32,000 bases of DNA from Mycobacterium tuberculosis H37Rv (GTDB lineage Bacteria; Actinomycetota; Actinomycetes; Mycobacteriales; Mycobacteriaceae): positions 2,400,001 through 2,432,000 of the forward strand of contig NC_000962.3 of NCBI RefSeq assembly GCF_000195955.2. Reading direction: 5' to 3'. Both the position numbers and the translations under genes were made by a program. Below, one piece after another: positions 10,642-23,152 of this stretch (the first letter of the stretch is position 1; the number at the start of each line of letters is the position of its first letter). A model generated the notes under the pieces. The model was not told where the DNA came from, made no database searches, and saw nothing but the letters and a program-made list of their open reading frames with translations.

Positions 10642-12122
10642 CCCAGCACCCCCGGACGGCCGGGGGCGCTTCGGTTGGCCCGGACCCGAAGGGCGGTCAG
10701 GATTTCCGGGCCCAGCAAGGTCACGTCTCCGGCACCCATCGTGACGATGACGTCGCCCGGACTAGCGGCGGCGGCCACTTGCTGTGCGACCGCCGAAAAA
10801 TCCGGGACGTAGCGCATCGGCACAGTGACGTGCTCAGCGACGCTGGCTCCGCTGACACCGGCCAGCGGTTGTTCACGAGCTCCGTAGACGTCGAGTACGA
10901 ACACCTCGTCAGCGGCATTCAGCGCACGCCCAAACTCAGCAGCGAATGCCTTTGTCCGCGAATACAAATGGGGTTGAAACACAACCATGCAGCGGCCACC
11001 GTCGCCCTGTTCGAGCACCATGCGCGCCGCCGCCAGTGTCGCGCTGATCTCCGTCGGGTGGTGGGCGTAGTCATCGAACACGCGCACCGACGCCTTTCCG
11101 ACGCCGCAGGTCCCAACCAGTTCGAATCGTCGCCGCACTCCTTCGAAGCCGGCCAGCCCGTCGAGCACCTCGTCGGCCGGGGCGCCGATCTGCACCGCGG
11201 CCAGCAGCGCTCCCAGCGCGTTGAGCGCCATGTGTCGCCCGGGCACCGACAGCCGCATCACGCGGGGACCCTGTGCTGTGGCTAGTTCTGAGGCCAACCG
11301 GATATGTGCGACCGCGCCGACCCCCTGTTGCTGCCACGAGACCAACGTGGCTGCCATGGTCTCACCCGGCACCGACCCGTATCGCAGCACTCGAATTCCC
11401 AGCTCAGTCGCGCGCTGAGCCAGCGCGGCCCCTCCGGGGTCGTCAGTGCACACCACCAGCGCACCCCCGGGGACAATGCGCTCCACGAAGGAGTCGAACA
11501 CCGCAACATACGCCTCGACGCTGCCGTAGAAGTCCAGGTGATCGGACTCGATGTTGGTGATCACCGCGACGTGGGGTGTGTACTGCAACAGCGAGCCATC
11601 GCTTTCGTCGGCTTCGGCGACGAAACAGTCGCCACTGCCGTGATGGGCGTTGGTACCGGCCTCCCCCAGCTCACCGCCGACCGCAAAGGACGGGTCAAGC
11701 CCGCAGTGCTGCAGGGCGACGATCAGCATGGACGTCGTCGTTGTCTTGCCGTGCGTGCCGGTGACCATCAATGTGGTGCGCCCGGCCATCAACTTGGCCA
11801 GCACGGCCGGCCGCAGCACCACGGGAATGCCGCGGCGCCTCGCTTCGACGAGCTCGGGGTTGGTTTTGGGGATGGCGGCATGGGTAGTGACGACCGCCGT
11901 GGCGCCACCGGGCAACAGGTCCAGCGACGACGCGTCGTGTCCGATCCGGATCAACGCGCCCCGCGCCCGCAGCGCATGCACACCGCGCGACTCCTTGGCG
12001 TCTGACCCGGAGACCAGCCCGCCGCGGTCCAGCAGGATTCGGGCGATGCCCGACATGCCAGCTCCGCCGATGCCGACCATGTGCACCCGCCGCAGATCGG
12101 GCGGCAACTGCTCGGTGCTCAC
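10638..12122 (-). CDS. murC: UDP-N-acetylmuramate--L-alanine ligase
   Basis: [61 protein letters not shown]. Confidence 0.98.
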   Translation of the reverse strand: MSTEQLPPDLRRVHMVGIGGAGMSGIARILLDRGGLVSGSDAKESRGVHALRARGALIRIGHDASSLDLLPGGATAVVTTHAAIPKTNPELVEARRRGIPVVLRPAVLAKLMAGRTTLMVTGTHGKTTTTSMLIVALQHCGLDPSFAVGGELGEAGTNAHHGSGDCFVAEADESDGSLLQYTPHVAVITNIESDHLDFYGSVEAYVAVFDSFVERIVPGGALVVCTDDPGGAALAQRATELGIRVLRYGSVPGETMAATLVSWQQQGVGAVAHIRLASELATAQGPRVMRLSVPGRHMALNALGALLAAVQIGAPADEVLDGLAGFEGVRRRFELVGTCGVGKASVRVFDDYAHHPTEISATLAAARMVLEQGDGGRCMVVFQPHLYSRTKAFAAEFGRALNAADEVFVLDVYGAREQPLAGVSGASVAEHVTVPMRYVPDFSAVAQQVAAAASPGDVIVTMGAGDVTLLGPEILTALRVRANRSAPGRPGVLG

Positions 12123-13351
12123 GTCGTTGTCCTGGCACCGGCCCCGGTGGCGACGGCCAGCGCGGCCCGGGCCACCTGGCCCGCGGCATCGCGATGTCCC
12201 ACCCTGGCTGCGGCCGCGGTCATCGCGGCCAGCCGCGCGGGGTCGGTGAGCAGCCCGGCAACCTGGCGGGCCACCAACTCGGGGGTCAGGGCGGCGTCGG
12301 CGACCACCATGCCGCCGCCGGCATTGACTACCGGCAACGCATTCAGCCGCTGTTCACCGTTGCCGATCGGCAGCGGCACGTAGATGGCCGGCAGACCGAC
12401 GGCGGATACTTCGGCGACCGTCATCGCCCCGGCCCGGCAGATCACCAGATCGGCGGCGGCGTAGGCCAGCTCCATCCGGTCCAAATAGGGCACCGCCACG
12501 TACGGTGGGTCACCTTGAGCCCGACGGCGCAACTCCAGCACGTTCTGGGGTCCATGGGCATGCAGCACGCAAACACCGGCGGCGGCCAGGTCGGCGGCGG
12601 CGCCGGACACCGCCCGGTTGAGCGAGACCGCGCCCTGCGAACCCCCGAACACCAGCAGCACCCGCGCGTCGTCGGGGAAGCCGAAGTGTGCCCGCGCCTC
12701 GGCTCGCAGCACCGCGCGGTCCAGCGCGGCGATCGACGCACGGACCGGGACCCCAACCACCTCGGCGCGCCGCAGCCCGGAATCCGGCACCGCGGAGAGC
12801 ACCCGGTCCGCGGTATGGGCGCCGACCCGGTTGGCCAGTCCCGCCCTGGCGTTGGCTTCGTGGATCACCACCGGGATCCGGCGCCGGCGCCGGGGCGGCA
12901 AAGGCAGGCCGCGAGCGGCTAGGTAAGCCGGTAGCGCGACGTACCCACCGAAACCGACGACGACGTCGGCGTCGACATCGTCGAGCACGTCCCGGGCCTC
13001 CCGGACGGCGCGCCACACCCGCGACGGCAGCCGGGCCAGGTCGCCGCCGGGCTTGCGCGGCATCGGCACCGCCGTGATCAGCTCCAGGTGGTAGCCGCGC
13101 TGGGGCACCAGCCTGGTCTCTAGTCCACGGAGGGTGCCCAACGCGGTAATCCGGACGCGCGGATCCAACGCGACCAAGGCGTCGGCGACGGCCATGGCGG
13201 GCTCGACGTGCCCGGCGGTCCCGCCGCCGGCGAGAACGACCGACACGGAATCAGCAGACGGCGAGGAACCACAAGACGGCGAGGCGGCATCGGCGGGCCG
13301 GGGCGCCGTTGCCCCGCGCCCGCCGGCCGGCTGGCTGACCGTGTCCTTCAC
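12119..13351 (-). CDS. murG: UDP-N-acetylglucosamine transferase (lipid II synthase)
   Basis: [90 protein letters not shown]. Confidence 0.98.
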
Positions 13352-14922
13352 CCGTAACGCTGACCTTCCAATGCCCGAACGCGCCGTGTGCGACGCTGGC
13401 CCGCGTACCGCTGGCCAGCTCCATGATGCACTGATCGACGAACCGGCGGATCGGCCGTGCGGGGCGAGCCGGGTCGCGGGGGCAGGCCCATCTGCCGGGC
13501 AGGCTGTCCGGGCGCCGTGCGGGGGGTCTTCCGCGCGGGCTGCGTTTGGGCCGGTTGCGGGTTGGCGCGCTTGCGGTCACGAAACGCCTCGAGACGAGGG
13601 GGCAGATACGGCTCGGGCAGCGGCAGCCGCAGCAACCGGTTCACCTTGTCGTCGCGCCCAGCCCGCAGCGCGGCCACCGCCTCCGGTTCGTGGCGAGCCG
13701 CGTTGGCGATGATGCCTATCAGCGAAAGTGTTGCGGCCGTGGAGGTTCCACCGGCGGAGATGAGCGGCAGCTGCAGGCCGGTGACGGGCAGCAGCCCGAT
13801 CACATAGCCGATGTTGATGAACGCCTGTCCCAGCACCCACAGTGTCGTGGTGGCGGTCAGCAGCCGCAGGAACGGGTCGGCGGACCGGCTAGCGATGCGC
13901 ATGCCGGTGTAGGCGAACAATCCGAATAGCCCCAGCAGTCCGAGCGCGCCGACGAGACCCAGCTCTTCGCCGATGATGGCGAAAATGAAGTCGTTGTGGG
14001 CGTTGGGCAAGTAGTTCCACTTGGCCACGCCTTGGCCCAGACCGTCGCCGAAAATGCCACCTTGAGCCAGCGCGAACTTTGCCTGTCGGGCCTGGTAGCC
14101 GGAGTCTTGCGGATCGTTTTCGGGGTTGAGCCACGACCGCACCCGGTCGGATCGGTAGCCCGCGGACACCGCCAGGATGGCGGCCGAGACGACGACCGCC
14201 GCCAGTGAGCTGAGGAAGACGCGCAGCGGCAGCCCCGCATACCACAGCAGGCCCAACAAGATGATGCCCATCGACACGGTCTGTCCGAGGTCGGGCTGGG
14301 CCACGATCAGCGCCAGCGCAACGACGGCGGCCGGCACCAGTGGAATCAGCATCTCGCGCAGTGAAGCCCGTTCCATGCGCCGGGCGGCCAGCAGATGCGC
14401 TCCCCAGATGGCGAACGCCATCTTAGCCAGCTCAGAGGGCTGCATCGAGAAGCCCGCGACCACGAACCAGCCGCGCGAGCCGTTGGCCTCCTTGCCGATC
14501 CCCGGCACCAGCACCAGCACCAGCATCACGATGGTGATCGCGAAACCGGAGAAGGCGATGCGCCGCATGAACCGCACCGACATCCGCAGACAGACATAGC
14601 CGCCGATAAGACCCACAAGCGTCCACAAGACCTGCTTGCCGAAGATCACCCAAGCCGATCCGTCGTCGTCGTAGGACCGCACCGCCGATGCCGACAGCAC
14701 CATGATCAGTCCAAGGGTGGTCAGCAATGCGGCAACGGCGATGATGAGGTGAAACGAGGTCATCGGACGGCCCAGCCAGGCACCGAAACGGGTGCGGGGC
14801 CTCGCCGAACCCGGGTTAGAGGCTTCTTCCGGGCCCGTCCGCTGCCCCTCGACCGGCTCGGCCCCTCGAGTCTGGGAGCCGTCGGTGTCGCTGGTGCCCC
14901 GACGCAGCAACCGGGTTAGCAC
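13348..14922 (-). CDS. ftsW: SEDS family peptidoglycan glycosyltransferase/division protein FtsW
   Basis: 524 aa; multiple TM segments, [77 protein letters not shown]. Confidence 0.96.
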
Positions 14923-14933
14923 GCTGCCCCCGC

Positions 14934-16394
14934 CTACCGGATCACCGCGCGGACCGCGGTCGCGAATGCCTCGCCCCGGTCGGCATAACCGGTGAACTGG
15001 TCGAATGAGGCGCCGGCCGGTGCCAGCAGCACGGTGTCACCGGGTTGGGCCATCCGCCGGGCCGCGGCCACCGCAGCGGTCATCACGGCAGCGCCAACGG
15101 TCTCACCGGCTTTGTCATCTTTTGCCACATCTAGAACACAAGCAACAGGAACCTCAACAGTCGCAGGCATACCAGTATCCTCGCCTGCCACAACCTGAAC
15201 GACTGGGACATCGGGCGCGTGTCGTGATAACGCCTCGGCAACCGCTGCGCGATCCCGGCCGATCAGCACCGCACCGACCAGCCGCGACGCCATCGCCGCA
15301 ACCTCGGCGTGAAGCGACGCGCCCTTGAGCAGGCCACCGGCGATCCATACCACCCTCGGGTATGCAAGCACCGAAGCCCGCGCGGCGTGCGGGTTGGTGG
15401 CCTTGGAGTCGTCCACGTAGGTGATGCCGTCGGCAACGGCCACCACCTCGGCGCGGTGTCGGCCCACTCGAAACGACGTGACCGCGTCGGCGATCGCACC
15501 GGCGGGCACCCCGACCGAGCGGGCCAGCGCCGCCGCGGCCAGGGCGTCAAGCACGCCGACCGGACCTGGCACCGGTATCGACGCGACCGGCAGCAGCGTC
15601 AAGTCGTCGGAGAAGGCGCGATCGACCAGGTGGGCGTCGCGCACGCCCAGTTCCCGCGCGGCCGGCTCGCCGAGCCGGAAGCCGACCCGCACCTGCGCCG
15701 GTGAGCCGTCCAGCAGTGCGGCCGCTCGGCTGTCATCCAGCCCGGCCACCGCTACCCCGCCGGTCAGCACCCGGGCCTTGGCCGCGGTGTATTCGGCCAT
15801 CGTGGCATGCCAGTCCAGGTGGTCTTCGGCAATGTTGAGCACCGCGCCGGCCTCGGGCCGCAGCGACGGCGCCCAGTGCAGCTGGAAACTGGACAACTCC
15901 ACGGCCAGCAGCTCGGCCGGCTCGTCCAGCACATCCAGCACCGCACTGCCGATATTGCCGCACAGCACGGCGCGGCGGCCACCGGCGATCAGCATGGCGT
16001 GCAGCATCGACGTCGTGGTGGTCTTGCCGTTGGTGCCGGTCACCACCAGCCAGCTGCGCGGCGGTCCGTAGCAGCCCGCTGCGTCTAGCCGCCAGGCTAA
16101 CTCCACGTCACCCCAGATCGGCACCCCCGCCGCCGCGGCCGCGGCCAGTAGCGGGGTTGCGGGCGAGAAGCCGGGACTGGCGACCACCAGCGCATACCCG
16201 GTTATCTGCTGCACCGCGTCCGAGGAACTAACGGTCGGCAGCCCACGTTCGGCGTGCGGTCGCAGCATGACCGGATCGTCGTCGCACACCGTCGGCGTCG
16301 CACCAAACCGAGTCAGCACCGCGGCCACCGCCTGACCGGTCACCCGGCCACCGGCTACCAACACGGGCGCACCCGGCCCCAGAGGGTCAAGCAC
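14934..16394 (-). CDS. murD: UDP-N-acetylmuramoylalanine--D-glutamate ligase
   Basis: [56 protein letters not shown]. Frame opens to 16424; GTG start at 16394 likely. Confidence 0.97.
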   Translation of the reverse strand: MLDPLGPGAPVLVAGGRVTGQAVAAVLTRFGATPTVCDDDPVMLRPHAERGLPTVSSSDAVQQITGYALVVASPGFSPATPLLAAAAAAGVPIWGDVELAWRLDAAGCYGPPRSWLVVTGTNGKTTTTSMLHAMLIAGGRRAVLCGNIGSAVLDVLDEPAELLAVELSSFQLHWAPSLRPEAGAVLNIAEDHLDWHATMAEYTAAKARVLTGGVAVAGLDDSRAAALLDGSPAQVRVGFRLGEPAARELGVRDAHLVDRAFSDDLTLLPVASIPVPGPVGVLDALAAAALARSVGVPAGAIADAVTSFRVGRHRAEVVAVADGITYVDDSKATNPHAARASVLAYPRVVWIAGGLLKGASLHAEVAAMASRLVGAVLIGRDRAAVAEALSRHAPDVPVVQVVAGEDTGMPATVEVPVACVLDVAKDDKAGETVGAAVMTAAVAAARRMAQPGDTVLLAPAGASFDQFTGYADRGEAFATAVRAVIR

Positions 16395-16395
16395 G

Positions 16396-17475
16396 TCAGG
16401 CACCGACCGCGGCAAGCCACTCACCGTAGAACAAGGCCACGCCCAGACCGCAGGTGATCGCGGTGAGCAGCCAGAACCGGATGATGACCGTGGTTTCAGC
16501 CCAACCGACCAACTCGAAATGGTGGTGGAAGGGCGCCATCCGAAACATCCGGCGCCCGGTGGTCCGGAAGGTCAGGATTTGCAACACCACCGAGGTGATC
16601 TCGGCGACGAACAGCGCACCCAGCACCACCGCAAGGATCTCGGTGCGGCTGGTCACCGACAACCCCGCGATGACGCCGCCCAACGCCAGCGACCCAGTGT
16701 CACCCATGAAGATCTTGGCGGGCGCGGCGTTCCACCACAAAAAACCGATGCAGGCGCCAGCGGTTGCGGCCGCGATGAGCGCCAGGTCCAGCGGGTCGCG
16801 CACGTTGTAGCAGCCCAGGCCCGGCGCCGTCACGCACGCGTTGCGGTACTGCCAGAAGGTGATCAGCACGTAGGCGGCGGTGACCATCGCCATGGTGCCG
16901 GCGGCCAGCCCGTCCAGGCCATCGGTGAAGTTGACCGCGTTCGACCAGGCGCTGACGATGACCACGCAGAACAACACGAACAGCACCGGCGCCAATGTGA
17001 CGGTGGCGATCTCACGCACGTAGGACAGATCCGCGCTGCCCGGTGTCAGGCCGGCAGCATTCCGGAACTGCAGCACCAGCACGCCAAACAGCACGGCGGA
17101 GGTGATCTGCCCGACGGTCTTGGCCGTCTTGTTCAACCCGAGATTGCGCGACCTGCGGATCTTGATCAGATCGTCGATGAACCCGACGCCGCCCAAAGCG
17201 GTGGCTAGGCCCAGCACCAACAGACCCGATGCGCCGATGCCTTCACCGTCAAACGCCAGGCCCGCTAGGTGGGCGCCCAGGTAGCCCGCCCAGATGCCGG
17301 CCAGAATCGCCACCCCGCCCATCGACGGCGTACCGCGCTTGGTGTGGTGGCTGGGCGGGCCATCCTCACGGATCTGGTGGCCGAAGCCCTGCTTAGTGAA
17401 CAACCGGATCAGCACCGGGGTCAGCAAGATGGACACCGTCACCGCTACGGCAACGGCGATAAGGATCTGCCTCAT
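16396..17475 (-). CDS. mraY: Phospho-N-acetylmuramoyl-pentapeptide transferase
   Basis: [66 protein letters not shown]. Confidence 0.98.
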   Translation of the reverse strand: MRQILIAVAVAVTVSILLTPVLIRLFTKQGFGHQIREDGPPSHHTKRGTPSMGGVAILAGIWAGYLGAHLAGLAFDGEGIGASGLLVLGLATALGGVGFIDDLIKIRRSRNLGLNKTAKTVGQITSAVLFGVLVLQFRNAAGLTPGSADLSYVREIATVTLAPVLFVLFCVVIVSAWSNAVNFTDGLDGLAAGTMAMVTAAYVLITFWQYRNACVTAPGLGCYNVRDPLDLALIAAATAGACIGFLWWNAAPAKIFMGDTGSLALGGVIAGLSVTSRTEILAVVLGALFVAEITSVVLQILTFRTTGRRMFRMAPFHHHFELVGWAETTVIIRFWLLTAITCGLGVALFYGEWLAAVGA

Positions 17476-19004
17476 GGGCGCACACTCCCGCATGTGTCGT
17501 CTGCGACCAATGCATCGGCCACCGCACCCAGCCCGGCCGCGTTCGAGGCCTTGACCAAGACCACATCCCCGGGTCGCAGCTCGGCGCGCAGTAGTGCCAG
17601 GGCGGCGTCACCGTCGGCCACATTGACGGCCGTGCGATCCGCACCGTGATCAGCAGTGGCTTCCCCCGAGCCCCACGCCCCCTCCAGGACCGCTCCGTGG
17701 TGCATGGCGCTGATCGACCTCCCGGTTCCCACGACAACGAGTCGAGACACATCTAAGCGCACCGCGAGCCGGCCGATGCGATCGTGCTCGGCTATCGCGT
17801 CCTCACCCAGCTCGGCCATCTCACCCAGCACCGCCCAGCTGCGGCGGGTGGCCTCGGGTTGGTGCGCGATCCAGGCCAGCGCCTGCAGCCCGGCCCGCAT
17901 GGAGTCGGGGTTGGCGTTGTAGGCGTCGTCGATCACCGTCACCCCGTCGCCGCGGGTGGTCACCTGCATCCGATGCCGCGACACCGGCGGCGCCGCGGTC
18001 AGCGCGGCCGCGACCTGTTCAACGCTGGCCCCACACTCCAGCGCGACCGCCGCGGCGCACAGCGCGTTAGTGACCTGGTGGTCGCCGCAGACCCCGAGTC
18101 GGACCTCGGCTTGGGCATCGTGGGCATGCAGCGTAAAGCGCGGCCTGGCCAATTCGTCCAGCGACACCGGCCCCGCCCAAACGTCACCGGTGTTGTCCCG
18201 GCTGACCCGCACCACCCGGGCCGCGGTCAGCTTGGCCATCGCCGCCACCGCGGGGTCATCAGCGTTGAGGACGACCGCTCCGGAATGCGGAACAGCCTGC
18301 GGCAGTTCGGCTTTGGTCTGTGCGATGACCTCGCGGGAGCCGAACTCACCCAAATGTGCGGTGCCGACGTTGAGCACGACTCCGATCGACGGGGGCGCGA
18401 TCTCGGCGAGCGCGGCGATGTTGCCGTGATGGCGTGCCGCCATCTCCAAAATCAGGTAGTCGGTGCGCCGCGTCGCGCGCAGCACCGTCCACGGGTGACC
18501 CAGCTCGTTGTTGAACGATCCGGGCGGGGCCACCACCTCCCCCAGCGGGGCCAGCACGGCGGCCATCAGGTCCTTGGTCGACGTCTTGCCCGACGAGCCG
18601 GTGATCCCGATGATGGTGAGCCCGCCGGCCACCAACTGCGCGGCCACCGCGGTGGCCAGCTTGGCCAGCGCGGCCAGCACCGCCGCCCCCGACCCGTCGT
18701 TGTCGTGCTCGAGGACGCCGGCCAATACGTTCGGCGCGGCCACTGGCGGAACCACGATGGCCGGCACCCCCACCGGGCGGGCGGCCAGCACGACGGCGGC
18801 GCCCGCGGCTACCGCCGACGCGGCATGGTCGTGGCCGTCGGCGCGCGCCCCCGGCAGGGCGAGGAACAGCCCGCCCGGGCCGATGGCGCGCGAGTCGAAC
18901 TCGACGGTCCCGGTGACGCGGCGGTGCGCGGCGTCTTGCGGGGAGATATCGGCCACTGCGCCCCCGACGATCTCGGCGATCTGCGCGACGGTCAGCTCGA
19001 TCAT
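17472..19004 (-). CDS. murF: UDP-N-acetylmuramoyl-tripeptide--D-alanyl-D-alanine ligase
   Basis: [52 protein letters not shown]. Confidence 0.98.
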
Positions 19005-20608
19005 GCGCGCCGCTCGAGGGCCTCTAGCGCGGCAGCCAGCTCCACCCGGTCGTCGAACGGGCGGACCCGCCCGCCGCCGCGTTGCCCGGTCTCGTGGCCT
19101 TTGCCGGCGATGAGCACCACGTCGCCGGGGCGCGCCCAGGCAACCGCGTGCCGGATCGCGTCCCGCCGGTCTGCGATCTCGACGACCTGGGCATCACCGC
19201 CGACTTCGGCCGCCCCAGCCAGGATTTCGCGGCGGATCGCCGTGGGATCTTCGTCACGCGGGTTGTCGTCGGTGACGACCACCAAGTCGGCCAGCTGCGC
19301 GGCTATCCGGCCCATCGGGGCCCGCTTGCCCGGGTCACGATCGCCGCCGGCGCCGAACACCACCGCCAGCCGGCGGTCCGGGTGCGCCAAGGTGGTCAGC
19401 ACCGACCGCAGCGCTTCCGGTTTGTGCGCGTAGTCGACCAGCGCGAGAAAGCCCTGGCCGCGGTCGATCTGCTCGAGCCGCCCCGGGACCCGGATCTCAC
19501 GCAGGCCCGGCACCGCCTGTTCCGGGGAGACCCCGACGGTGTCCAGAATCGCCAGGGCGACCAGGCAATTGGCGACGTTGTAGCGGCCCGGTAGCCGGAT
19601 TCCGATGTGATGCCCTACGCCGGCGGGGTCGATGGCGGTGAATTGTTGCCCGCCCGCGTCCGTGGGCGCCACATCCGTGGCGCGCCAGTGTGCGGGCCGG
19701 TCGGCGGCGCTGACGGTGATCGCGTCGGCGGCCCGCGCCGCCATCGCGCGCCCGGCGTCGTCGTCGATGCACACCACGGCGGTGCGGGCGCGCAGTGCCG
19801 AGTCCGGATCGAACAATGACGCCTTGGCCTCGAAGTAGTCGGCCATGCTGGGGTGGAAATCCAGGTGGTCACGGGAGAGATTGGTGAAGGCGCCGACGGC
19901 GAACCGGGTGCCGTCCACCCGGCCCAGCGCCAGCGCGTGGCTGGACACCTCCATGACCACGGTGTCCACCCCGCGTTCGACCATCGCCGCCAGCATCGCC
20001 TGCAGCGTGGGGGCCTCCGGGGTGGTCAGCGCGCTGGGAAGGTCGGCGCCGCCGACGCGGATGCCGATGGTGCCGATCAGCCCGGCGACGCGTCCGGCAG
20101 CCCGTAACCCGGCCTCGACCAGATAGGTGGTGGTGGTCTTGCCGGACGTTCCGGTGATCCCGATAACCGTCAACCGCTCGGACGGATGCCCGTACACGGT
20201 GGCGGCCAAGCCGCCGAGCACGCCGCGGGGTGCGGGGTGCACCAACACGGGCACGGCCGCTCGTCCGGCGATCTCGGCGACCCCGGCGGGGTCGGTGAGC
20301 ACCGCGACGGCGCCGCGTGCGATCGCGTCGCCGACGTGGCGGGCCCCGTGGGTGGTCGAGCCGGTCAGGGCGGCGAACAGGTCACCGGGTGACACGTCCT
20401 GGGCGCGCAGCGTGACCCCGGTGACCGTCCGGTCCTCGGTGACGGCACGCTGAGCTGGACCCTCGGCCAGGGCCGCGCCGACCTGATCGGCCAGTGCGGC
20501 CAACCGAACGCCCACGACGGCGTTGGGGCGCAAGCCAGTGGGCGCAGCCTCCACCTGTGTCGCCACCTCCGTTCGCCGCCGCGAGATCCCTCGGGCCAGC
20601 GATGACAC
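19001..20608 (-). CDS. murE: UDP-N-acetylmuramoylalanyl-D-glutamate--2,6-diaminopimelate ligase
   Basis: [53 protein letters not shown] (meso-DAP recognition DNPR). GTG start at 20608; open frame to 20746. Confidence 0.98.
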
Positions 20609-20630
20609 CCTACCGACAGGGCGCGCACAC

Positions 20631-21665
20631 TCACCCAGTCGGGTTTTGCCGCGACACCTGGCCCTCGGCGGCGGCGCCGATCCAGGTGCCGATGCGCCGC
20701 GCGGCGGTGAAGGCGGCCCAGGCCAGGGCGCCAACCAGCGCCGCATCGGTGTCGAGCAGGGATCGGGCCGCGGCGACGTCGTCGTCGGTCACCTGATGCG
20801 GGGCCAGGCCGGTCAGCAGGGCAAGACGGGTGGGCGCGTGCAGGTCGGCGGGCAGCTCGGCGGTGTGCTCGTTCGTCCAGCGACTGCTCATCGGCATTGG
20901 CTCGCCGTGCCACGACCCCACGACCCGCCTGACCACCTGACGAGTCGGTGGCGGCAGGTGCGGCGCGGTGTCCAGGTGGTGGCTGAGCGCGGCGAACGCG
21001 GTTGCTATGGGCTCGGACGGTGTTGCCCATGCCAGATCGTCGGGCAGCGTTCGCGGCTCGAGCCGGCGGGTGGAGCGGCCCGGCCGATGCTCCGCGCGCA
21101 CCTTGCGGGCGAACACCAGTCCACCGGCGCGGCGCATGAGCTGTTGGGCGCGCGGGCCCCCCGGCAGGAAGGTTTCGTCCAGCAGCACCAGGACCAGGCG
21201 TGCGATGAAGTGGAATTGCACCGCGGTGCCCAGGTATTCGGCGGCGACATCCGGGCCGAACGGTGCCGGCGGTCCCGCCGGTGTCCCGGTTCCTGCCGCC
21301 CACGCCACATACGGCGCGTTCGGGTCACCGGCGGCAGGTGCTGTGCCGGCCAAGATCGCCGCGGCGGTGTCGGTTTGGCCTGCCGCGTACAGCATGGTGG
21401 TGTGTGCGTCGACGCACCAGGGGCAGCGCAGGCTGGCCGCGACGGCGGCGGCGACGGCTTCCTTGCGGCCACGCGGCACCTGGCCCACCAGCAGTGTCTC
21501 GCGCAACGTCGCCCAGCCGGCGGTGAGCAGTCCCTCGTCCGGGGACAGCATGGCGAGCGGCTCGGGCAGCCGGCCGAACTCGCGGCGGGCCTCGGCATAG
21601 ACCTCGGCGACCGCGCCGCCGGCTCGGCGGGGCGCGACGGGCTCAATATGGTTGACAAATTTCAT
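20631..21665 (-). CDS. AhpD/carboxymuconolactone decarboxylase-like (alkylhydroperoxidase fold) protein
   Basis: [28 protein letters not shown] carries the CxxCxxxH redox motif. ATG at 21665 overlaps the TGA of the upstream TetR C-terminal frame. Open frame to 22007 is an upstream artefact. Confidence 0.85.
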   Translation of the reverse strand: MKFVNHIEPVAPRRAGGAVAEVYAEARREFGRLPEPLAMLSPDEGLLTAGWATLRETLLVGQVPRGRKEAVAAAVAASLRCPWCVDAHTTMLYAAGQTDTAAAILAGTAPAAGDPNAPYVAWAAGTGTPAGPPAPFGPDVAAEYLGTAVQFHFIARLVLVLLDETFLPGGPRAQQLMRRAGGLVFARKVRAEHRPGRSTRRLEPRTLPDDLAWATPSEPIATAFAALSHHLDTAPHLPPPTRQVVRRVVGSWHGEPMPMSSRWTNEHTAELPADLHAPTRLALLTGLAPHQVTDDDVAAARSLLDTDAALVGALAWAAFTAARRIGTWIGAAAEGQVSRQNPTG

Positions 21666-22278
21666 GATTCGACTCCCTCCTGGGTGGTGCCGACTCTGGC
21701 CAGGGCCGCGTCGATCGCCGTTCGCGCCCGCTCTCCGGCGCCGTCGTCGTCGAGCAGCAGCAGCGCCCAGTTGGCCTCCATCGCGTAGGCGTGCAGCTCG
21801 AACGCGAGTTGGCGCACTTCGATATCCGCCCGGATCTCGCCCCGGCGTTGCGCCGTTTCGACGTCGGCCGTGATGGCGGCGATTCCGGCCCGCCCGGTCG
21901 CGGCGATGCGGTCGCGCACCGGGCCAGGCTGTGAGTCCACGTCGGCGGCCGCGGCCGCGAAAAAGCAGCCGCCGGCACGTCGCGTTCCAGGTATCCGACC
22001 CACGCATGCATGAGGGCGCGCACCCGGTCCACCCCGGGCGGCGCTGCCATCGCGGGAGCCACGACCTCGGCTTCGAACACGCTCACGGCGGCCTCGACGG
22101 TCGCCAGCTGCAGCTGCTCCTTGGCGCCGAAATGCCGGAACAGGCCCGACTTGCTCATGCCCAGCCGCCCGGCAAGCTCGCCGATGGACAGCCCCGAGAG
22201 CCCCTTCACCGAGGCGATATCCATCGCGGCGCGCAGGATCTGCGCCCGGGTTTGGCGGCCGACGTCGGCGCTAGGCAT
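21662..22278 (-). pseudogene. TetR-family regulator interrupted by a frameshift
   Basis: N-terminal HTH MPSADVGRQTRAQILRAAMDIASVKGLSGLSIGELAGRLGMSKSGLFRHFGAKEQLQLATVEAA...HAWVGYLERDVP is in one frame (start 22278). The C-terminal ligand domain GGCFFAAAAADVDSQPGPVRDRIAA...ELHAYAMEANWALLLLDDDGAGERARTAIDAAL is in another (stop 21662). Frames meet near 21970-21985. Confidence 0.85.
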
Positions 22279-23137
22279 GGCTTTTGACCTCCCGGTCGTC
22301 TCCGGCGAACGCATCCACCAGCGGGGCCGACCGGTCCAGGGCGGCCAGCACCTGGTCGCGGCCCGCCGAGGGCAGCGCGAGCGCCACCTCCGCGACACCG
22401 GCCCGGCGGTACTCGTGCAGGGTCGCCGGGTCGCCGGCCGACGAGTACACACAGACCTGGGCGGTCGCCGGATCTCGCCCGGCACGCTCGAACGCGGCGT
22501 GCAGCATCGGCAACGCGCCCAGGAGCTCGCCGTACCCCTCGATCGGCTGCCAACCGTCGCCGTGGCGGGCGATCACCTCGAACGCCCGCGCACTGGGCCG
22601 GCACCCGAACAGCACCGGCGGCGCCACGGCCGGTTTCGGCCACGCCCACGACGGCGGCACCGACGCGTGCGTGCCCTCGTAGTGGACCGGCTCTGCGGCC
22701 CATAGCGCCCGCATGGCGGCGAGCTTGTCCACCGTCACCGCGATCCGGTCGGCGAACGGCACGCCGTGGTCGGCGAGCTCCTCCACGTTCCACCCGAAAC
22801 CCACCCCCAGCACGAACCGCTCGCCGGACATGGCGCACAGCGAGGCGATCTGTTTGGCCAGCAGGATCGGATCATGCACCGCCACCAGGCAGGCCCCGGT
22901 GCCCACGCGCAGCCGCGTCGTGACCGCCGCGGCGGCGGCCAGCGCCACCACCGGGTCATAGCAGCGGCGATACCAGTCCGGCAGCTCTCCACCGGGCCAC
23001 GGCGTGCTCCTGCTGATCGGCACGTGCGTCTTCTCCGGCACATACAGGCCCGCGAAGCCGCGCTCCTCGGCCCACACCGCGACCAACTGCGGGGGTGGGG
23101 TCAGGTCGGTGACGAACTGCATGAGCGAGACGAGCAT
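22271..23137 (-). CDS. LLM-class (luciferase-like) F420-dependent oxidoreductase
   Basis: 288 aa; QLVAVWAEERGFAGLYVPEKTH, TRLRVGTGACLVAVHDPILLAKQIASLCAMSGERFVLGVGFGWNVEEL, VLFGCRPSARAFEVIARHGDGWQP. Confidence 0.9.
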   Translation of the reverse strand: MLVSLMQFVTDLTPPPQLVAVWAEERGFAGLYVPEKTHVPISRSTPWPGGELPDWYRRCYDPVVALAAAAAVTTRLRVGTGACLVAVHDPILLAKQIASLCAMSGERFVLGVGFGWNVEELADHGVPFADRIAVTVDKLAAMRALWAAEPVHYEGTHASVPPSWAWPKPAVAPPVLFGCRPSARAFEVIARHGDGWQPIEGYGELLGALPMLHAAFERAGRDPATAQVCVYSSAGDPATLHEYRRAGVAEVALALPSAGRDQVLAALDRSAPLVDAFAGDDREVKSHA

Positions 23138-23152
23138 CGGCGGCGGCTTTCA

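Noticed and set aside
10617-12249. Several 200-230 aa plus-strand ORFs opposite murC
   Set aside because: Shadow ORFs of high-GC coding sequence; murC motifs are unambiguous on the minus strand.
17784-19433. 549-aa plus-strand ORF antisense to murF/murE
   Set aside because: H/R/G/Q-rich translation without motifs, produced by GC-skewed codon positions of the genuine minus-strand genes.
20523-21788. 421-aa plus-strand ORF antisense to the AhpD-like gene
   Set aside because: Compositionally biased shadow ORF opposite a gene with a clear CxxCxxxH family motif.
20631-22007. 458-aa version of the AhpD-like protein with a ~114-aa N-terminal extension
   Set aside because: The extension is an out-of-frame reading of the TetR C-terminal region. 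The stop/start overlap at 21662-21665 and protein character favour the ATG at 21665.
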